The position numbers and the translations under genes were made by a program. A stretch of DNA of 64,000 nt, from assembly GCA_964445435.1 (NCBI GenBank), contig CAYUKU010000001.1:183751-247750 (forward strand), given 5' to 3'. This document shows positions 9,988 through 20,315 of the stretch, one piece after another (position 1 is the stretch's first letter; every line of letters begins with the position of its first letter). The DNA is from an uncultured Gammaproteobacteria bacterium (GTDB lineage Bacteria > Patescibacteriota > Microgenomatia > UBA10105 > UBA927). The notes under the pieces were generated by a model. That model saw only the letters and a list, made by a program, of their open reading frames with translations, was not told the DNA's origin and made no database searches.

Positions 9988-10674
9988 CTATGTACGGAAA
10001 AATTTTCGTGCTGCCGATTCGGTTATGGGTCTGCCGTCATATACGATGGATCCCTGATTGAGGATAATCATTCGCGAGCACATAGATCCGATTTCTTCGA
10101 GATTTTGGGAGATTAGAAGGGTTGCTTTGTTTTTTGTATTGCGCTTGATGAGATATCGTCGTACACGCTGCGCAAGTGCGGGATCCATATGAGCGGTAAT
10201 TTCATCGAGGAAGAGAATTTTGGGATTATTGAGAAGGGCTTTTGATAAATTGACAAAAGAGTTTTCACCTGACGAAAGCCGGTAAACCTTTTTTTGAAGA
10301 ATGGCATCAGGCATTTGGAGGTCCGTCCAGAGCGTTGTGATAAATGCTTGCCAACGGTCAACTTCGTATAAATCCGCGTACGTTGCGAGATTTTCCCAGA
10401 CACTCGCGTAACCGCTCAAACGTTGACTTGAAGATGCGTAATTCATGCTTCTGGCGATTCTGCGTCTGGCTGTTTCTTCCACGGGTACCCCGAAAAACGA
10501 AAGCGTGCCGGAGTCAGGCGAAAGAAGCCCCGTTGCGATATGGAAAAGTGTGGACTTTCCCGCGCCAACCGGTCCGGTAATCCCGACGATTTCTCCTGCG
10601 CCAACGAAAAGTGATAGATTTGATACAATACGTTTTCCGCCGAGCGTTTTGTCTATGGAAGCAATGGTTAGCAT
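9988..10674 (-). CDS. ABC transporter ATP-binding protein (Wzt/TagH-like, short form without a C-terminal carbohydrate-binding domain).
   Basis: Walker A GPVGAGKST, signature LSSGE, Walker B ILFLDE. Confidence 0.85.
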   Translation of the reverse strand: MLTIASIDKTLGGKRIVSNLSLFVGAGEIVGITGPVGAGKSTLFHIATGLLSPDSGTLSFFGVPVEETARRRIARSMNYASSSQRLSGYASVWENLATYADLYEVDRWQAFITTLWTDLQMPDAILQKKVYRLSSGENSFVNLSKALLNNPKILFLDEITAHMDPALAQRVRRYLIKRNTKNKATLLISQNLEEIGSMCSRMIILNQGSIVYDGRPITESAARKFFRT

Positions 10675-12037
10675 GAAAGAAAGATTCGCAAGTATCGATA
10701 GATTATATCTGAGACGGTATTATGCGGCAATAATATTTGCCACAATCATTATAACGACCCTTTTGTCGGTTCTGTTTGTATTTACGCTCCCCGATCCGCT
10801 TCGACCCAAGACGAGTATCGGGTTTATGAATCTCCTGATGCTTGCGGGCTTTGCAATCGCATTTCTGATGCGAGGCGGACGCATGGTCTTATTCACTCCC
10901 GCGCGTTGGGGAACCCTTCACTATGCGATCACGCTGTATTTCATTGCGGTAATGGCGTCTCTTATCGCGGCGTCAACGATATACGATAGCACCCCCTTTC
11001 GTCTGCTTTCATCGGGAGTTTTGCTCTTTTGGCTCTCTCAGGAAATACAACCCACGAAAAGTCAAAAGCTTTTCTTCGTGCACGTATTGGGGGGAACAGC
11101 CGTTGTTGTGGCGATTTTGAGCTTGCTTCAGATGGTTTTTCCCTTCCTTATGAATAGCTTTGCCGAGAAATATTTATTGGGACGTGCGGCGTATGGGATA
11201 ACGATAGAATTTCAACGCGGACGGCTGCTTCATTGGGGGGCTTTGCTTTTTATTTTTCCTTTCTTCTATTCTTCTACGCTTCTTCTTAGATGGCGATCCA
11301 GCATTTGGGTAACCCTGTATGTTGTGTTGGGATACCTTTCCATTCTGGCATCTTTGGTTATTGCGAATTTCCGTTGGACGTTTTTGGTATTTGTCATAAC
11401 TTCCTTTATGTATATCCTCCATGCGAAACGATTTTCACTTCTTTCAAGCCGGAAGCTAGCATATGTATTGTCACTGGTTACGGTAGCCACAGTTGTCGGA
11501 TTGGTTTCGGCTCGCCTTGTGCTTGGGTATAACTTGCTTGACCGATTTCTACTTCGAAACGCACATCGGGATATACAGGAAACCGCCGGGAGAATTACGC
11601 TGTACAGTCAGGCAATAACAGCGTTTCAGGCGTATCCCCTGTTGGGCGTAGGATATGGGAATTATTATTCCGTTGTGTGGCCGTTTCCTCACATGCAGTA
11701 TTTTTCAATATTCGATCAGTTTGAGCCGATTCCCGTGCCGATTGCCTCACATAATGAGTTTTATACCGTGCTCTCAGAGACCGGCATATTCGGATTTGTG
11801 TTTTTCCTTCTCATGGTGTATTTCATAGGAAAAAATATTTATTTGCCACTTTTCCGAAGTCGTTTAACCCGAGTGGATACGTTGTTGACACTCAGCATAT
11901 GGATTTCTTTCTTCGCGATTTTTTTGTATGTCTGGTTTGAGAATATTTATCCGCAGAACATTGCATATATACTCCTTCTGGGAGGGATTATGGCCCGCTG
12001 GGTAGCGTGGTCACATTCGTATGAACGGACGTCGTAG
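10673..12037 (+). CDS. Wzy_C (O-antigen ligase-like) polytopic membrane protein. The true start is uncertain (10673 or further downstream, for example about 10826).
   Basis: SHNEFYTVLSETGIFGFVFFLLMV matches the Wzy_C signature. The ORF-track start at 10445 would overlap the divergent ABC ATPase by 230 nt and is rejected. Confidence 0.6.
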   Translation: MKERFASIDRLYLRRYYAAIIFATIIITTLLSVLFVFTLPDPLRPKTSIGFMNLLMLAGFAIAFLMRGGRMVLFTPARWGTLHYAITLYFIAVMASLIAASTIYDSTPFRLLSSGVLLFWLSQEIQPTKSQKLFFVHVLGGTAVVVAILSLLQMVFPFLMNSFAEKYLLGRAAYGITIEFQRGRLLHWGALLFIFPFFYSSTLLLRWRSSIWVTLYVVLGYLSILASLVIANFRWTFLVFVITSFMYILHAKRFSLLSSRKLAYVLSLVTVATVVGLVSARLVLGYNLLDRFLLRNAHRDIQETAGRITLYSQAITAFQAYPLLGVGYGNYYSVVWPFPHMQYFSIFDQFEPIPVPIASHNEFYTVLSETGIFGFVFFLLMVYFIGKNIYLPLFRSRLTRVDTLLTLSIWISFFAIFLYVWFENIYPQNIAYILLLGGIMARWVAWSHSYERTS

Positions 12038-12986
12038 CGTGAGCGTGCATGTGGTTACGTTCAACAACGAATCGACAATTCGCGCATGTATTACGTCAGT
12101 GCGAAAGCAATCGCTTCGGGACATAACGATCCTCGTCGTGGATAACGCATCCTCCGATCGGACATGTCAGATTGTTCAATCCATGGGGGTGCCGCTTATT
12201 AAGAATGCAAAGAATCTTGGATACGCGGTAGCGCACAATATGGCAATATCCCGGACGCAAAGCACCTATGTATTAACACTGAATCCGGACGTCGTGTTGG
12301 AGAGGGACTTTTTGAGGCATATGACGGACGCGCTCGACGATAATCCCCGCGTGGGATCTGCGGCCGGACTTCTGTATCGCGTTGATCGTCTTGATGATTT
12401 CCCCGCCGTTGTAGATGGAGCCGGACTTTTCATACGAAGAAATAGGCGGCAAGGATTGCGGGAAGAAGGGCGGTTAGCTGATAGCGTCCCGCGACGGCCC
12501 GTTTCGATATTCGGTCCGGATGGAGCCGCGGCCTTTTACAGAAGAGCGATGCTTGAGGATATTCGTTTAGCCGATGAGTATTTCGATGAGGACTTCTTCA
12601 TGCACAAGGAAGATGTCGACGTGTGTTGGCGTGCGCGTCTGCGCGGATGGAACGCTTTGTTTGTTCCGCAGGCTACGGCAAAACACATCCGAACATTCAG
12701 AGCGGGACAAAGGGCGCGTGTCCCCGATGAACTGAAAGCGATGGCGGTCAGAAATCGATACCTTCTCATGATAAAGAATGAAAGTCCGGCGCTTTTCCTT
12801 CGAGACATCATCCCTATTGTGTTCTATGACATGGGAATAATGCTCTATATCCTCCTTAAGGAGCGCCGGTCGCTTGTTGCATACAGACAGGTGGTTGGCA
12901 TGGCACAAACGATGCTAAGCAAACGAAAACGGATTTACACTAGAAAAAAAGTTGCAGATACAACAATGGGCAGGTGGTTTATATAA
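12021..12986 (+). CDS. Glycosyltransferase family 2 (GT-A; rhamnosyl/glucosyl-transferase WbbL-like).
   Basis: VSVHVVTFNNESTIRACITSVRKQ N-terminal GT2 block, VVDNASSD DxD-like motif, DVDVCWR. Confidence 0.8.
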   Translation: MNGRRSVSVHVVTFNNESTIRACITSVRKQSLRDITILVVDNASSDRTCQIVQSMGVPLIKNAKNLGYAVAHNMAISRTQSTYVLTLNPDVVLERDFLRHMTDALDDNPRVGSAAGLLYRVDRLDDFPAVVDGAGLFIRRNRRQGLREEGRLADSVPRRPVSIFGPDGAAAFYRRAMLEDIRLADEYFDEDFFMHKEDVDVCWRARLRGWNALFVPQATAKHIRTFRAGQRARVPDELKAMAVRNRYLLMIKNESPALFLRDIIPIVFYDMGIMLYILLKERRSLVAYRQVVGMAQTMLSKRKRIYTRKKVADTTMGRWFI

Positions 12987-13983
12987 ACGCATGGTATACG
13001 TTGGCATTGTTTCATTTAATACACTTTCTGACCTTCCGGATTGCATCGCGGCGGTAAAACGGCAATCCCACAAAGACATTCGGATTATCGTTTTTGATAA
13101 CAACTCATCAGACGGGAGCATAATGTGGCTGAGGAGACAACGAGGGGTTACCGTTATCGAGAACTCTGAAAATATCGGTTTCGGAAGGGCCCATAACGCG
13201 ATTATCAACTCCGTGCGTCTCGGCAGAAACGATTACTATCTGGCGCTGAATCCGGACGTCAGACTTGGGCGTCGATATGTGGCTGAGCTCATTGCCATCT
13301 GCCGGACGAAGAAAGCCGATTGGGCAACAGGCAAACTCTATAAAGATGCTGCGCGTAAGGTTTTGTACAGCGTCGGCCACGGGCTTCTGCGAGACGGATA
13401 TGCAGTGAACATCGGATACGATATGCCGGATGCGGCTTATTGGAATCAAGCACGAGAAGTTTTCGGGGCTCCCGGGGCCTCTCCGCTCTATTCTGCGAAA
13501 CTAATGAAGGCGGTTTCGGACCGTGGAAGTTTTTTTGATCCCCATATGTTTATGTATTATGAGGATGTTGACGTGGATTGGCGGGCAAGACTTCTGGGGT
13601 TTCGCTGTTGGTACAATCCGCGCGCCGTTGCTTATCACCCAGGGGGAGGTTTTCGAAAAGCGCTTGAGATAGAAGCTCTCGTAAACCGATATAGGAGCGT
13701 CCTAAAAAATGCTTTTCCCCGCGATATCGTCCAATACAATATTCCGTATATTTTGGGACATATTTTTTTCCGTTTTTGCTTTTCTCCCCCAACTGGGTGG
13801 CGCTTGGCAAAAAAAGTATTCCCTCTGCTTGTAGGCCTACAGAAAGACAGGACGCGGAAAACAGTTTCAAGGCAATATATGCACGACTGGTTCGCTTGGT
13901 CGAATCACCAACGAAGCGGACAGCCCAACGATCTGTCCGGCAGATTCCGGACATTTCTCAAACAAGGCCTGGGCGCCAATTAA
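12952..13983 (+). CDS. Glycosyltransferase family 2, tandem paralog of the preceding gene.
   Basis: VYVGIVSFNTLSDLPDCIAAVKRQ, IVFDNNSSDGS, YEDVDVDWRARL. Same architecture as 12021-12986. Confidence 0.8.
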   Translation: MQIQQWAGGLYKRMVYVGIVSFNTLSDLPDCIAAVKRQSHKDIRIIVFDNNSSDGSIMWLRRQRGVTVIENSENIGFGRAHNAIINSVRLGRNDYYLALNPDVRLGRRYVAELIAICRTKKADWATGKLYKDAARKVLYSVGHGLLRDGYAVNIGYDMPDAAYWNQAREVFGAPGASPLYSAKLMKAVSDRGSFFDPHMFMYYEDVDVDWRARLLGFRCWYNPRAVAYHPGGGFRKALEIEALVNRYRSVLKNAFPRDIVQYNIPYILGHIFFRFCFSPPTGWRLAKKVFPLLVGLQKDRTRKTVSRQYMHDWFAWSNHQRSGQPNDLSGRFRTFLKQGLGAN

Positions 13984-14990
13984 GGCAGAGTTTTGAGATT
14001 GCAGGGTATGAGCTTTTGTTCCGTCAGATAATTGTACATATAGTTTGCGTATTCTCTGTGTCCGAGAGCGTTCGGGTGTCCGTCTGGATGCATGTTACCC
14101 GACGCAGAGATATCCGGAATTTTGAAGGTGACAAACGTATTTGGTCTTTCTAATGCGTGGACTTTGATTCGCGCTTTGTATTCAGATCCGATATTCGGAA
14201 GCACCATAAATATAAGCGTCCCACTGTAAGAAGCGGTAAATTCCTGCAAAATGAGGCGTTCCTGCTCCAAAATTTGCGTCGGAGAGTATTTGGCCATGAT
14301 TTCTTTGGTCGCTTTCGTCCACTCTGGCGAATAGTCTCCGGCTTTTTTAGCGACATGCTTTTCTTCTTCCGACATGGTGCGTTCAAGTTTGGCGATTACT
14401 GGAAGCGCAAGTTCGTTTATGCGGTCGCCAAGAAGGAACCATATAACCAAATCCGGCTGATATTTCACTCCCCGCTTGAGAAAGCGTTCTGAGGAGTATT
14501 GCATGTCATATCCGTATACGCCGAGATTAATGACCTCTATACGAGTTTGATCCTCGCATGATTTGCTGAACATATCTTCCAGTTGTTCGGGCCAGTTATC
14601 GGCGGTGTTAACAAACTGCCCGAACGTAAACGAATCTCCGAGTGTAATAATTCGAAATGTCGTAGGTGGTTTTTCCACGTCGTAATCAAACCTCTCATTT
14701 AACGAGTCTTTGTTGAGAGTGTATTTCGCATCATCCAGGAGCCACTCCGCTCTCTCTGTTTGCACCGTGTCGGCTGCCGGCTCATAGAAATACTTCAATT
14801 TAGAGCCCTGGGGAAATATGAGGAAATTCTTGTTTATCCGCGTAACAGGCACAGATTCACCGAGGAATTTTTCCGTTCGTCTCTTTATGATTAACGCATA
14901 TCCGACGAGTCCGAATATGCAAATTTCCGTGATAAGGACGCAAAGAGCAATGATCTTCGTGATCGGAGAGAGCACGGTATGATGATTCAT
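13980..14990 (-). CDS. Membrane-anchored SGNH/GDSL-family hydrolase (candidate glycan O-acyl transferase or esterase).
   Basis: N-terminal TM. IITLGDSFTFGQFV GDS(L)-block I. Later GxND-like and DGHPN (block V D-x-x-H-like) motifs. Confidence 0.6.
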   Translation of the reverse strand: MNHHTVLSPITKIIALCVLITEICIFGLVGYALIIKRRTEKFLGESVPVTRINKNFLIFPQGSKLKYFYEPAADTVQTERAEWLLDDAKYTLNKDSLNERFDYDVEKPPTTFRIITLGDSFTFGQFVNTADNWPEQLEDMFSKSCEDQTRIEVINLGVYGYDMQYSSERFLKRGVKYQPDLVIWFLLGDRINELALPVIAKLERTMSEEEKHVAKKAGDYSPEWTKATKEIMAKYSPTQILEQERLILQEFTASYSGTLIFMVLPNIGSEYKARIKVHALERPNTFVTFKIPDISASGNMHPDGHPNALGHREYANYMYNYLTEQKLIPCNLKTLP

Positions 14991-15721
14991 GGCTTCATAT
15001 ATCTCTTGAAAAGATACCGCGGAATTTCAAGGAGATAGCGTTTCCATAGCCGTTTCGGTTCGATATATAAACGAAATGCCCATTCGAGTCCGGCGTGCTG
15101 AATCCATTGCGGTGCCTGAGGCGTACTGCCCGTAATGATATCAAAAGCAGCGCCGACACAGAGAATTGTCGTTTTGGGAAAATAGCGTTTCCACCTGGCG
15201 GCAGTGAGCACTTGTTTAGGGGAACTGAGTCCAATCCACAGGCAGTCTGGTTGAGAGCGCTGAATGCGAGATACATACATCTTTTCTTCCTCTGCGGTGA
15301 GTTCCCGGTATGGAGGAGAGATGGTTACCGGTGTCCGTCGGCATCCGGATTCGCGCGCAAAGCTCGAGAGCTCTTGAAGAGTCTGAGGAGAGGAGCCATA
15401 AAACGTATGACGGACTTGTTGGACTTGAGGTGTTTTGAGGAGTTCTCTCATGACATCAGGCCCGTATATCCGCTCTGTTTTCGTCCCCCGAGCGCGTATT
15501 GCCCAGACAATCGGTATTCCGTCGGGAAGAAACATGTCTACCTGCCGGTACGCGCGAGCGATTTGTTTATTTTTTGCCGCTTGGGCAAGGTCATGGAGCG
15601 AACACGGTAAAACAATGTGGGTTTTCTCTTTTGCGACGATGATAGTGGTCAGGAGTCGTGTTATTTCAGAGAGGGACCCGGTCGTAAATGAGAAAGTATC
15701 GATAGATATGTTGTCGTCCAT
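14987..15721 (-). CDS. WecB/TagA/CpsF family glycosyltransferase (GT26).
   Basis: FLPDGIPIVWAIRARG, FYGSSPQTLQE and GVGAAFD blocks match TagA/WecG. Size 244 aa. Confidence 0.75.
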   Translation of the reverse strand: MDDNISIDTFSFTTGSLSEITRLLTTIIVAKEKTHIVLPCSLHDLAQAAKNKQIARAYRQVDMFLPDGIPIVWAIRARGTKTERIYGPDVMRELLKTPQVQQVRHTFYGSSPQTLQELSSFARESGCRRTPVTISPPYRELTAEEEKMYVSRIQRSQPDCLWIGLSSPKQVLTAARWKRYFPKTTILCVGAAFDIITGSTPQAPQWIQHAGLEWAFRLYIEPKRLWKRYLLEIPRYLFKRYMKP

Positions 15722-17272
15722 TTAAGGCTCCAGTCGCCAGAGCATATACGGTTTTTCTACGTAGAGCAAGCGTGCGTTCCAAAGTTCTGTATTTTTTTGC
15801 GCCGCGCGCATCCACTCATTGCACGTTTCCAGAGACGCATCCGGTGCAAGCATCCGAAAATCGCATATGATATAGAAAAAGGAAGGATTTGTTGTCAAGG
15901 GGACGAAATTTGTCCCTTCATGTATTATTCTGACGAGAGTTTTTCCATACAGCTGTTCAAGCGTGAAATATATACTCCCTGTCGGCCACGGATTAAGCGG
16001 TCGTTGTCTGTCAGCACGTAAAAACGCGAGTTCAAATTCAGCTTTCCTATCTTTCGCGTCACGGTATATGATCTCTGCAAGGGTCCTCGTCCGGTTATAG
16101 AACGATACGGCGGGCGTCATTTTGCGTTCACGGTAATAGGATTTGTAAGAAAAAAATACAAGGAACCCCGCCATCGCAATGCATCCCACCGCTTTGTGCC
16201 ATTTCCACAAAGCTGTAAGCCCAGCGGTACTAATAATAATCCCCAAAGGAAGAATGCTTATAAGATACGAAGGTACGAGTATGCCCCGGTACATCATTCC
16301 CAATGACACGGCACCCAGGCATAAAAGAAGTATCCAGGAGTACGGGAGACGTTTGTCCGGATGATGTTTTTGAATGGTGAGGTAGCCCGCTGCGGCAAGA
16401 GCGAAAAACAACATGCTGTTAAATACGGTTGTTTTATCAGTTTCCCACAGGAGCTCGTTGAATATGGCAAATGCAAAGTCGGGCCGTTGTTGCATGAGCG
16501 TTTCGACGGCAGTAAGTTGAAAGAATGTGATTTGGTCAAACGGGATTTGCCGGTAGGTGAGTAGAAGCCAGATTTCAAGACACACAATGCCTAAAATTAT
16601 CGGAATCACAAGGAATAGTTTGTTCTCGTAGCGGGGATACAGTTTTATCCATGCAGCAATAACCCAAAGGAAACTAAAAGGGACAACAAGTATAATCGCA
16701 TAGTGAAGATGAAGCCCGAGGAACAAAAGAAAGATAACAAGGCTGATGGTTGTGAGTGATTGGCGCGCTCCCGTCATGAGTACGGCGATTCCAGACACGA
16801 TAAGAGCCAAAAGATACGGAACATGAACTTGGCGGCTTATGAAAATGAGTTCAGGATGGATAGCGGCAAAAAAAGCTCCAAGAAGCCCGGCTTTCCAGCC
16901 GAAAAGATTTGCGGTTGCCCTATATATGAAAACGATCACGCTTGACATAAGCACCATCCAGAGGATGGCAGTGCCAAACACTGATCGTGTGAAAAACCAA
17001 AAAACAGCAAGGAGCCAGAAGTACACAGGCGAGTTGAGAATATATCCCTTTCCTCCTGATGCGAATGGGCCACGCATGATAAGTTCTCTTTGTTCAACTA
17101 CATGACGAGCTACGAGCATGTCACGGCTTTCATCATATCCCTGCTGTAGCCAGAGATAGTTCTCAAGATAACTGAACCGAAGAAGGATGCCTGCGAACAC
17201 AATTATGCCCAAGAGTACGCGGCGCTTATGAAGAAGAGCGCTGCCGATGATCGTGCGTGCCGAAAAGAGCAT
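15722..17272 (-). CDS. GT-C fold polytopic membrane glycosyltransferase (ArnT/PMT-like; uses polyprenyl-phosphate-sugar donors).
   Basis: About 12 predicted TM segments. N-terminal loop motif QQGYDESRDMLVARHVV resembles the D-E catalytic-loop motif of GT39/GT83 enzymes. Confidence 0.5.
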   Translation of the reverse strand: MLFSARTIIGSALLHKRRVLLGIIVFAGILLRFSYLENYLWLQQGYDESRDMLVARHVVEQRELIMRGPFASGGKGYILNSPVYFWLLAVFWFFTRSVFGTAILWMVLMSSVIVFIYRATANLFGWKAGLLGAFFAAIHPELIFISRQVHVPYLLALIVSGIAVLMTGARQSLTTISLVIFLLFLGLHLHYAIILVVPFSFLWVIAAWIKLYPRYENKLFLVIPIILGIVCLEIWLLLTYRQIPFDQITFFQLTAVETLMQQRPDFAFAIFNELLWETDKTTVFNSMLFFALAAAGYLTIQKHHPDKRLPYSWILLLCLGAVSLGMMYRGILVPSYLISILPLGIIISTAGLTALWKWHKAVGCIAMAGFLVFFSYKSYYRERKMTPAVSFYNRTRTLAEIIYRDAKDRKAEFELAFLRADRQRPLNPWPTGSIYFTLEQLYGKTLVRIIHEGTNFVPLTTNPSFFYIICDFRMLAPDASLETCNEWMRAAQKNTELWNARLLYVEKPYMLWRLEP

Positions 17273-17309
17273 ATTCTAAGTATCGTAGATCAACAAAAGA
17301 AAGCAAGGG

Positions 17310-18128
17310 TTAAGGTTCGGGTGAGGAAAATATGTTGAGGGCGTTACGTTGCGCGTATGTGTAGATTTCCTCCGCTTTCATTTCCGCCGAAGGATCGCTA
17401 ATAGGAAAGCCGGTTAGACTGTTGCATGTTAAAACTGATCCGTGCTCCCTGAAGCAGGATGTCCAGGCCCGGAGCGATTCCTTATGGGTTGCCGCAATGT
17501 TGATGTACTCTGGTGACACCAGGAGTTCATTCCACGCCAGAAGACCGAGAAAGACGAAGAGGCCAAGGCGATGCCATCGTCCTGGTGAGGCGCGCATGGC
17601 AAAATAGAGTGCAAGAAAGCCCGGCAGGAGAAACAAGACATAGCGTCCGGCGCGGGCCGCCTCAACGCCTAGACATGTCCGTCCGATAGCGCTGCCAGTG
17701 GTAAAAAGTACTGTCGTGCCGAGAAGCAAAAACTGCAGATGAATAAAGGATTGACTGGTCGCACGGGATTGAAATATACGCCATGCGTAATAGAAAAAAA
17801 GTAGTGTAAGTGCGCCCCAGAAAAATGCTCCCAATGCGACGCTCCCACCGGGAAGAGCACCTTCCCGAAATGAAAAGAAGTTCGCAAAGACCGATCCTAT
17901 AAATTGATGATACATTCGCCAGTCCCCTGCCGGATTTACCGGACAGGAAACAGCAGTATCAAGCGTGTAACGGTAAAAGAATAATAGAAAGCCGCCCACG
18001 AGCATGGTAAGTCCGATAATGTCATCTGTGTCTGCGTTTCCCTTATTGTGACGTAGCACGCTTCGTGCAAGAAGCAGTATTCCGATGAGTATCGCTGTCA
18101 AAGCGCCGAATCCGCTAAACAGCAACAA
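17310..18128 (-). CDS. Hypothetical polytopic membrane protein.
   Basis: Hydrophobic multi-TM ORF. No motif recognised. Confidence 0.4.
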   Translation of the reverse strand: MLLFSGFGALTAILIGILLLARSVLRHNKGNADTDDIIGLTMLVGGFLLFFYRYTLDTAVSCPVNPAGDWRMYHQFIGSVFANFFSFREGALPGGSVALGAFFWGALTLLFFYYAWRIFQSRATSQSFIHLQFLLLGTTVLFTTGSAIGRTCLGVEAARAGRYVLFLLPGFLALYFAMRASPGRWHRLGLFVFLGLLAWNELLVSPEYINIAATHKESLRAWTSCFREHGSVLTCNSLTGFPISDPSAEMKAEEIYTYAQRNALNIFSSPEP

Positions 18129-18262
18129 AACCCCTATGATCGAAATGGCGACATATCGTCCTCACCAGGTACTTATCAATAGATGGGCAGCGATACAAGA
18201 GAGAAAAAAAGGGAGGACGCCATACGATACATTTGGTACGACAGTGAATAGTTCGTACTGTT

Positions 18263-18640
18263 TCAAGGAAAAAACAGAAGCGGAAGAGAGAGATCAACGA
18301 CATGCCAGGCGCCAAAAAGTCGACGTATCAGCAGAAGGAATCCTATACAGGTGACCGAAAAAAGTCCTGCGTTAAGAAGAGCTTCCGTGCGCACGTCCCA
18401 GTCGCTTAGTGATGCGGTAAGGTATGTCAGAATATATCCTATTCCCTGTCGGTGTGGGCCGTGCTGATAAAAAAATAGTTGTGTGAGCGATGGGTTGTCA
18501 ATGAACGGTCGATACAGTTCGAGTTGGTCGGCATAGAGCGCCTCTCCCGAGTATGTTGAGACGAAAGAAAAAAATCTGATACATAAAACAGCAACTCCTA
18601 TGCCGAGAAACGCTACGGTAATGATGTTTGATCTTTTCAT
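18263..18640 (-). CDS. Hypothetical small membrane protein, possibly the N-terminal fragment of the 17310-18128 gene.
   Basis: 125-aa hydrophobic ORF separated from the next membrane ORF by only about 134 nt on the same strand. Confidence 0.3.
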   Translation of the reverse strand: MKRSNIITVAFLGIGVAVLCIRFFSFVSTYSGEALYADQLELYRPFIDNPSLTQLFFYQHGPHRQGIGYILTYLTASLSDWDVRTEALLNAGLFSVTCIGFLLLIRRLFGAWHVVDLSLPLLFFP

Positions 18641-18662
18641 CCTGCGAAAACGATAGATATAT

Positions 18663-20315
18663 ATGTATAGTAAGAATATGGGAAAAACAAGATTAATGGT
18701 GACCGCAGCATATCGCTTTATATGTCGTCACTGGATGTACATTCTTCTTTCAGTGTTATATTTCTGGCTTTTCCGACAGCAGCGCGTATGGATTGTTCAC
18801 AGTCCACATGATGATGAATGGTTCATTCGGATGGCTACATCCATCCGTGACGGGCATTGGCTGGGATCATATAATCATATGACACTCATTAAATTGCCGC
18901 TTTATCCGATTTTTTTGTCAGTTGTTTCAGCCCTTGGAGTACCCGTTGGTTTTGCACAGACCTTTTTGTATTGGTTTGCGGCGTCGTTGTTCTATTTTCT
19001 TGTATTCATTCAGCTTGCTTCCCCATTAAGCGGCGTACTATTTGCGTTTTTGCTTTATAATCCATTTCGATTAGCCGACGCGATGTTGTTTCGGGTCTTG
19101 AGGTCGGACATAAATGCGATATTGGCACTTTTCATTTTTGCGAGTTTCAGCGTTCTTTTATTGACTCCCCGCATGCAGTGGTGTACGAAGCGATGGTTTG
19201 CTTGGTTTTATGCATCAGCCTTTTTTCTTTCACTTTTTTACATCAACAGGGAAGAAAATATAACGTTTCTGTCCCTTGAAATGAGCGTACTTGGCTACCT
19301 CGCCTATAAAATGAGGTACGAAAAGCGGTTTCTCCGGCACATATTTATGTATGTACTGGTGAGTGGGGTGGCGTTATTTCTTGTGAGTATCCTGAATTAC
19401 TCCCGGTACGGAATTTTTGCCCCAACGGAGTTCCATACTGCGTGGTTCCGACGGGCATATTCCCAAATCAGCAGAGTGAAGCCACTAACAGTCAACAACA
19501 AAATTCCTATTCCAAAGGAGATCCGAAAGGAATTATACCATGCAAGCCCGGCGTTCCGGCAGTTGGAGCAATTTCTTGAGGGAGACATAGGATACGGGTG
19601 GGCAGAGGTGACATTCGATTTTACACACCTTGATCCGAACCTACGGGAAATAGGCGGCGACTATTTCCGCTGGGCATTGCGTGAGGCTGTCGCGGCAGCG
19701 GGGTATTATGAGTCACCGGATAGCGCGCGACTGTATTACCAAAGACTCGCGCATGAAATAGACTTTGCGTGTAGTGAGAAGCTCGTTGATTGTCGACTGA
19801 CGGGAAATGTATTTCTGCCCCATGCACTTATCTTCCATATTGCCGATATCATCCAAGACTTATCTGCAACGTTTTGGTTTACAATTACGTTTCGTGATAT
19901 TCATATGTTGTCGGAAAGGAGAGCAAATGACCAGGATCTTATTAAGATTTTCGAATCCGTTACGGGAACGCCATCGGATGATTTGGATGCGTCGCCAAAT
20001 GAGATCGTTATGAATATTATGTCTATGTATTCACGAGTTGGACTTGTGATGTACACTGCGCTAGTGTGTGCAGTGTTTCTGATTTTGGGTTCTTACCCAT
20101 TTTCCATTGTTCGGAAGAAATTTCCATGGGCTCTTCTGTTAATCATCTTTGTTGGTGTGTTGCCAATGGCAACATTTTTCGCCGCGTTTACCAGCGCCAA
20201 TAACGAAAATTATGCTGTCGACCCAACGTACCTGTCGGTATTTTACGTATCGTACCTTGTTTTATTCACACTAGGAATAACAGCAATGTACCGGATTGTA
20301 CATGATTCAATGTGA
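18663..20315 (+). CDS. GT-C-like polytopic membrane protein (putative lipid-linked-sugar glycosyltransferase).
   Basis: Many TM segments. N-terminal HSPHDDEWFIRMATSI loop resembles the ArnT/PMT D-E-x-x-Y/F-x-x-[IM] motif. Confidence 0.45.
   Translation: MYSKNMGKTRLMVTAAYRFICRHWMYILLSVLYFWLFRQQRVWIVHSPHDDEWFIRMATSIRDGHWLGSYNHMTLIKLPLYPIFLSVVSALGVPVGFAQTFLYWFAASLFYFLVFIQLASPLSGVLFAFLLYNPFRLADAMLFRVLRSDINAILALFIFASFSVLLLTPRMQWCTKRWFAWFYASAFFLSLFYINREENITFLSLEMSVLGYLAYKMRYEKRFLRHIFMYVLVSGVALFLVSILNYSRYGIFAPTEFHTAWFRRAYSQISRVKPLTVNNKIPIPKEIRKELYHASPAFRQLEQFLEGDIGYGWAEVTFDFTHLDPNLREIGGDYFRWALREAVAAAGYYESPDSARLYYQRLAHEIDFACSEKLVDCRLTGNVFLPHALIFHIADIIQDLSATFWFTITFRDIHMLSERRANDQDLIKIFESVTGTPSDDLDASPNEIVMNIMSMYSRVGLVMYTALVCAVFLILGSYPFSIVRKKFPWALLLIIFVGVLPMATFFAAFTSANNENYAVDPTYLSVFYVSYLVLFTLGITAMYRIVHDSM

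Noticed and set aside
10445-10672. N-terminal 76-aa extension of the Wzy_C ORF in the ORF track (start at 10445).
   Set aside because: It lies entirely antisense inside the well-supported ABC ATPase gene (9988-10674) and has no membrane-protein character. The plus-strand gene most likely starts at or after 10673.
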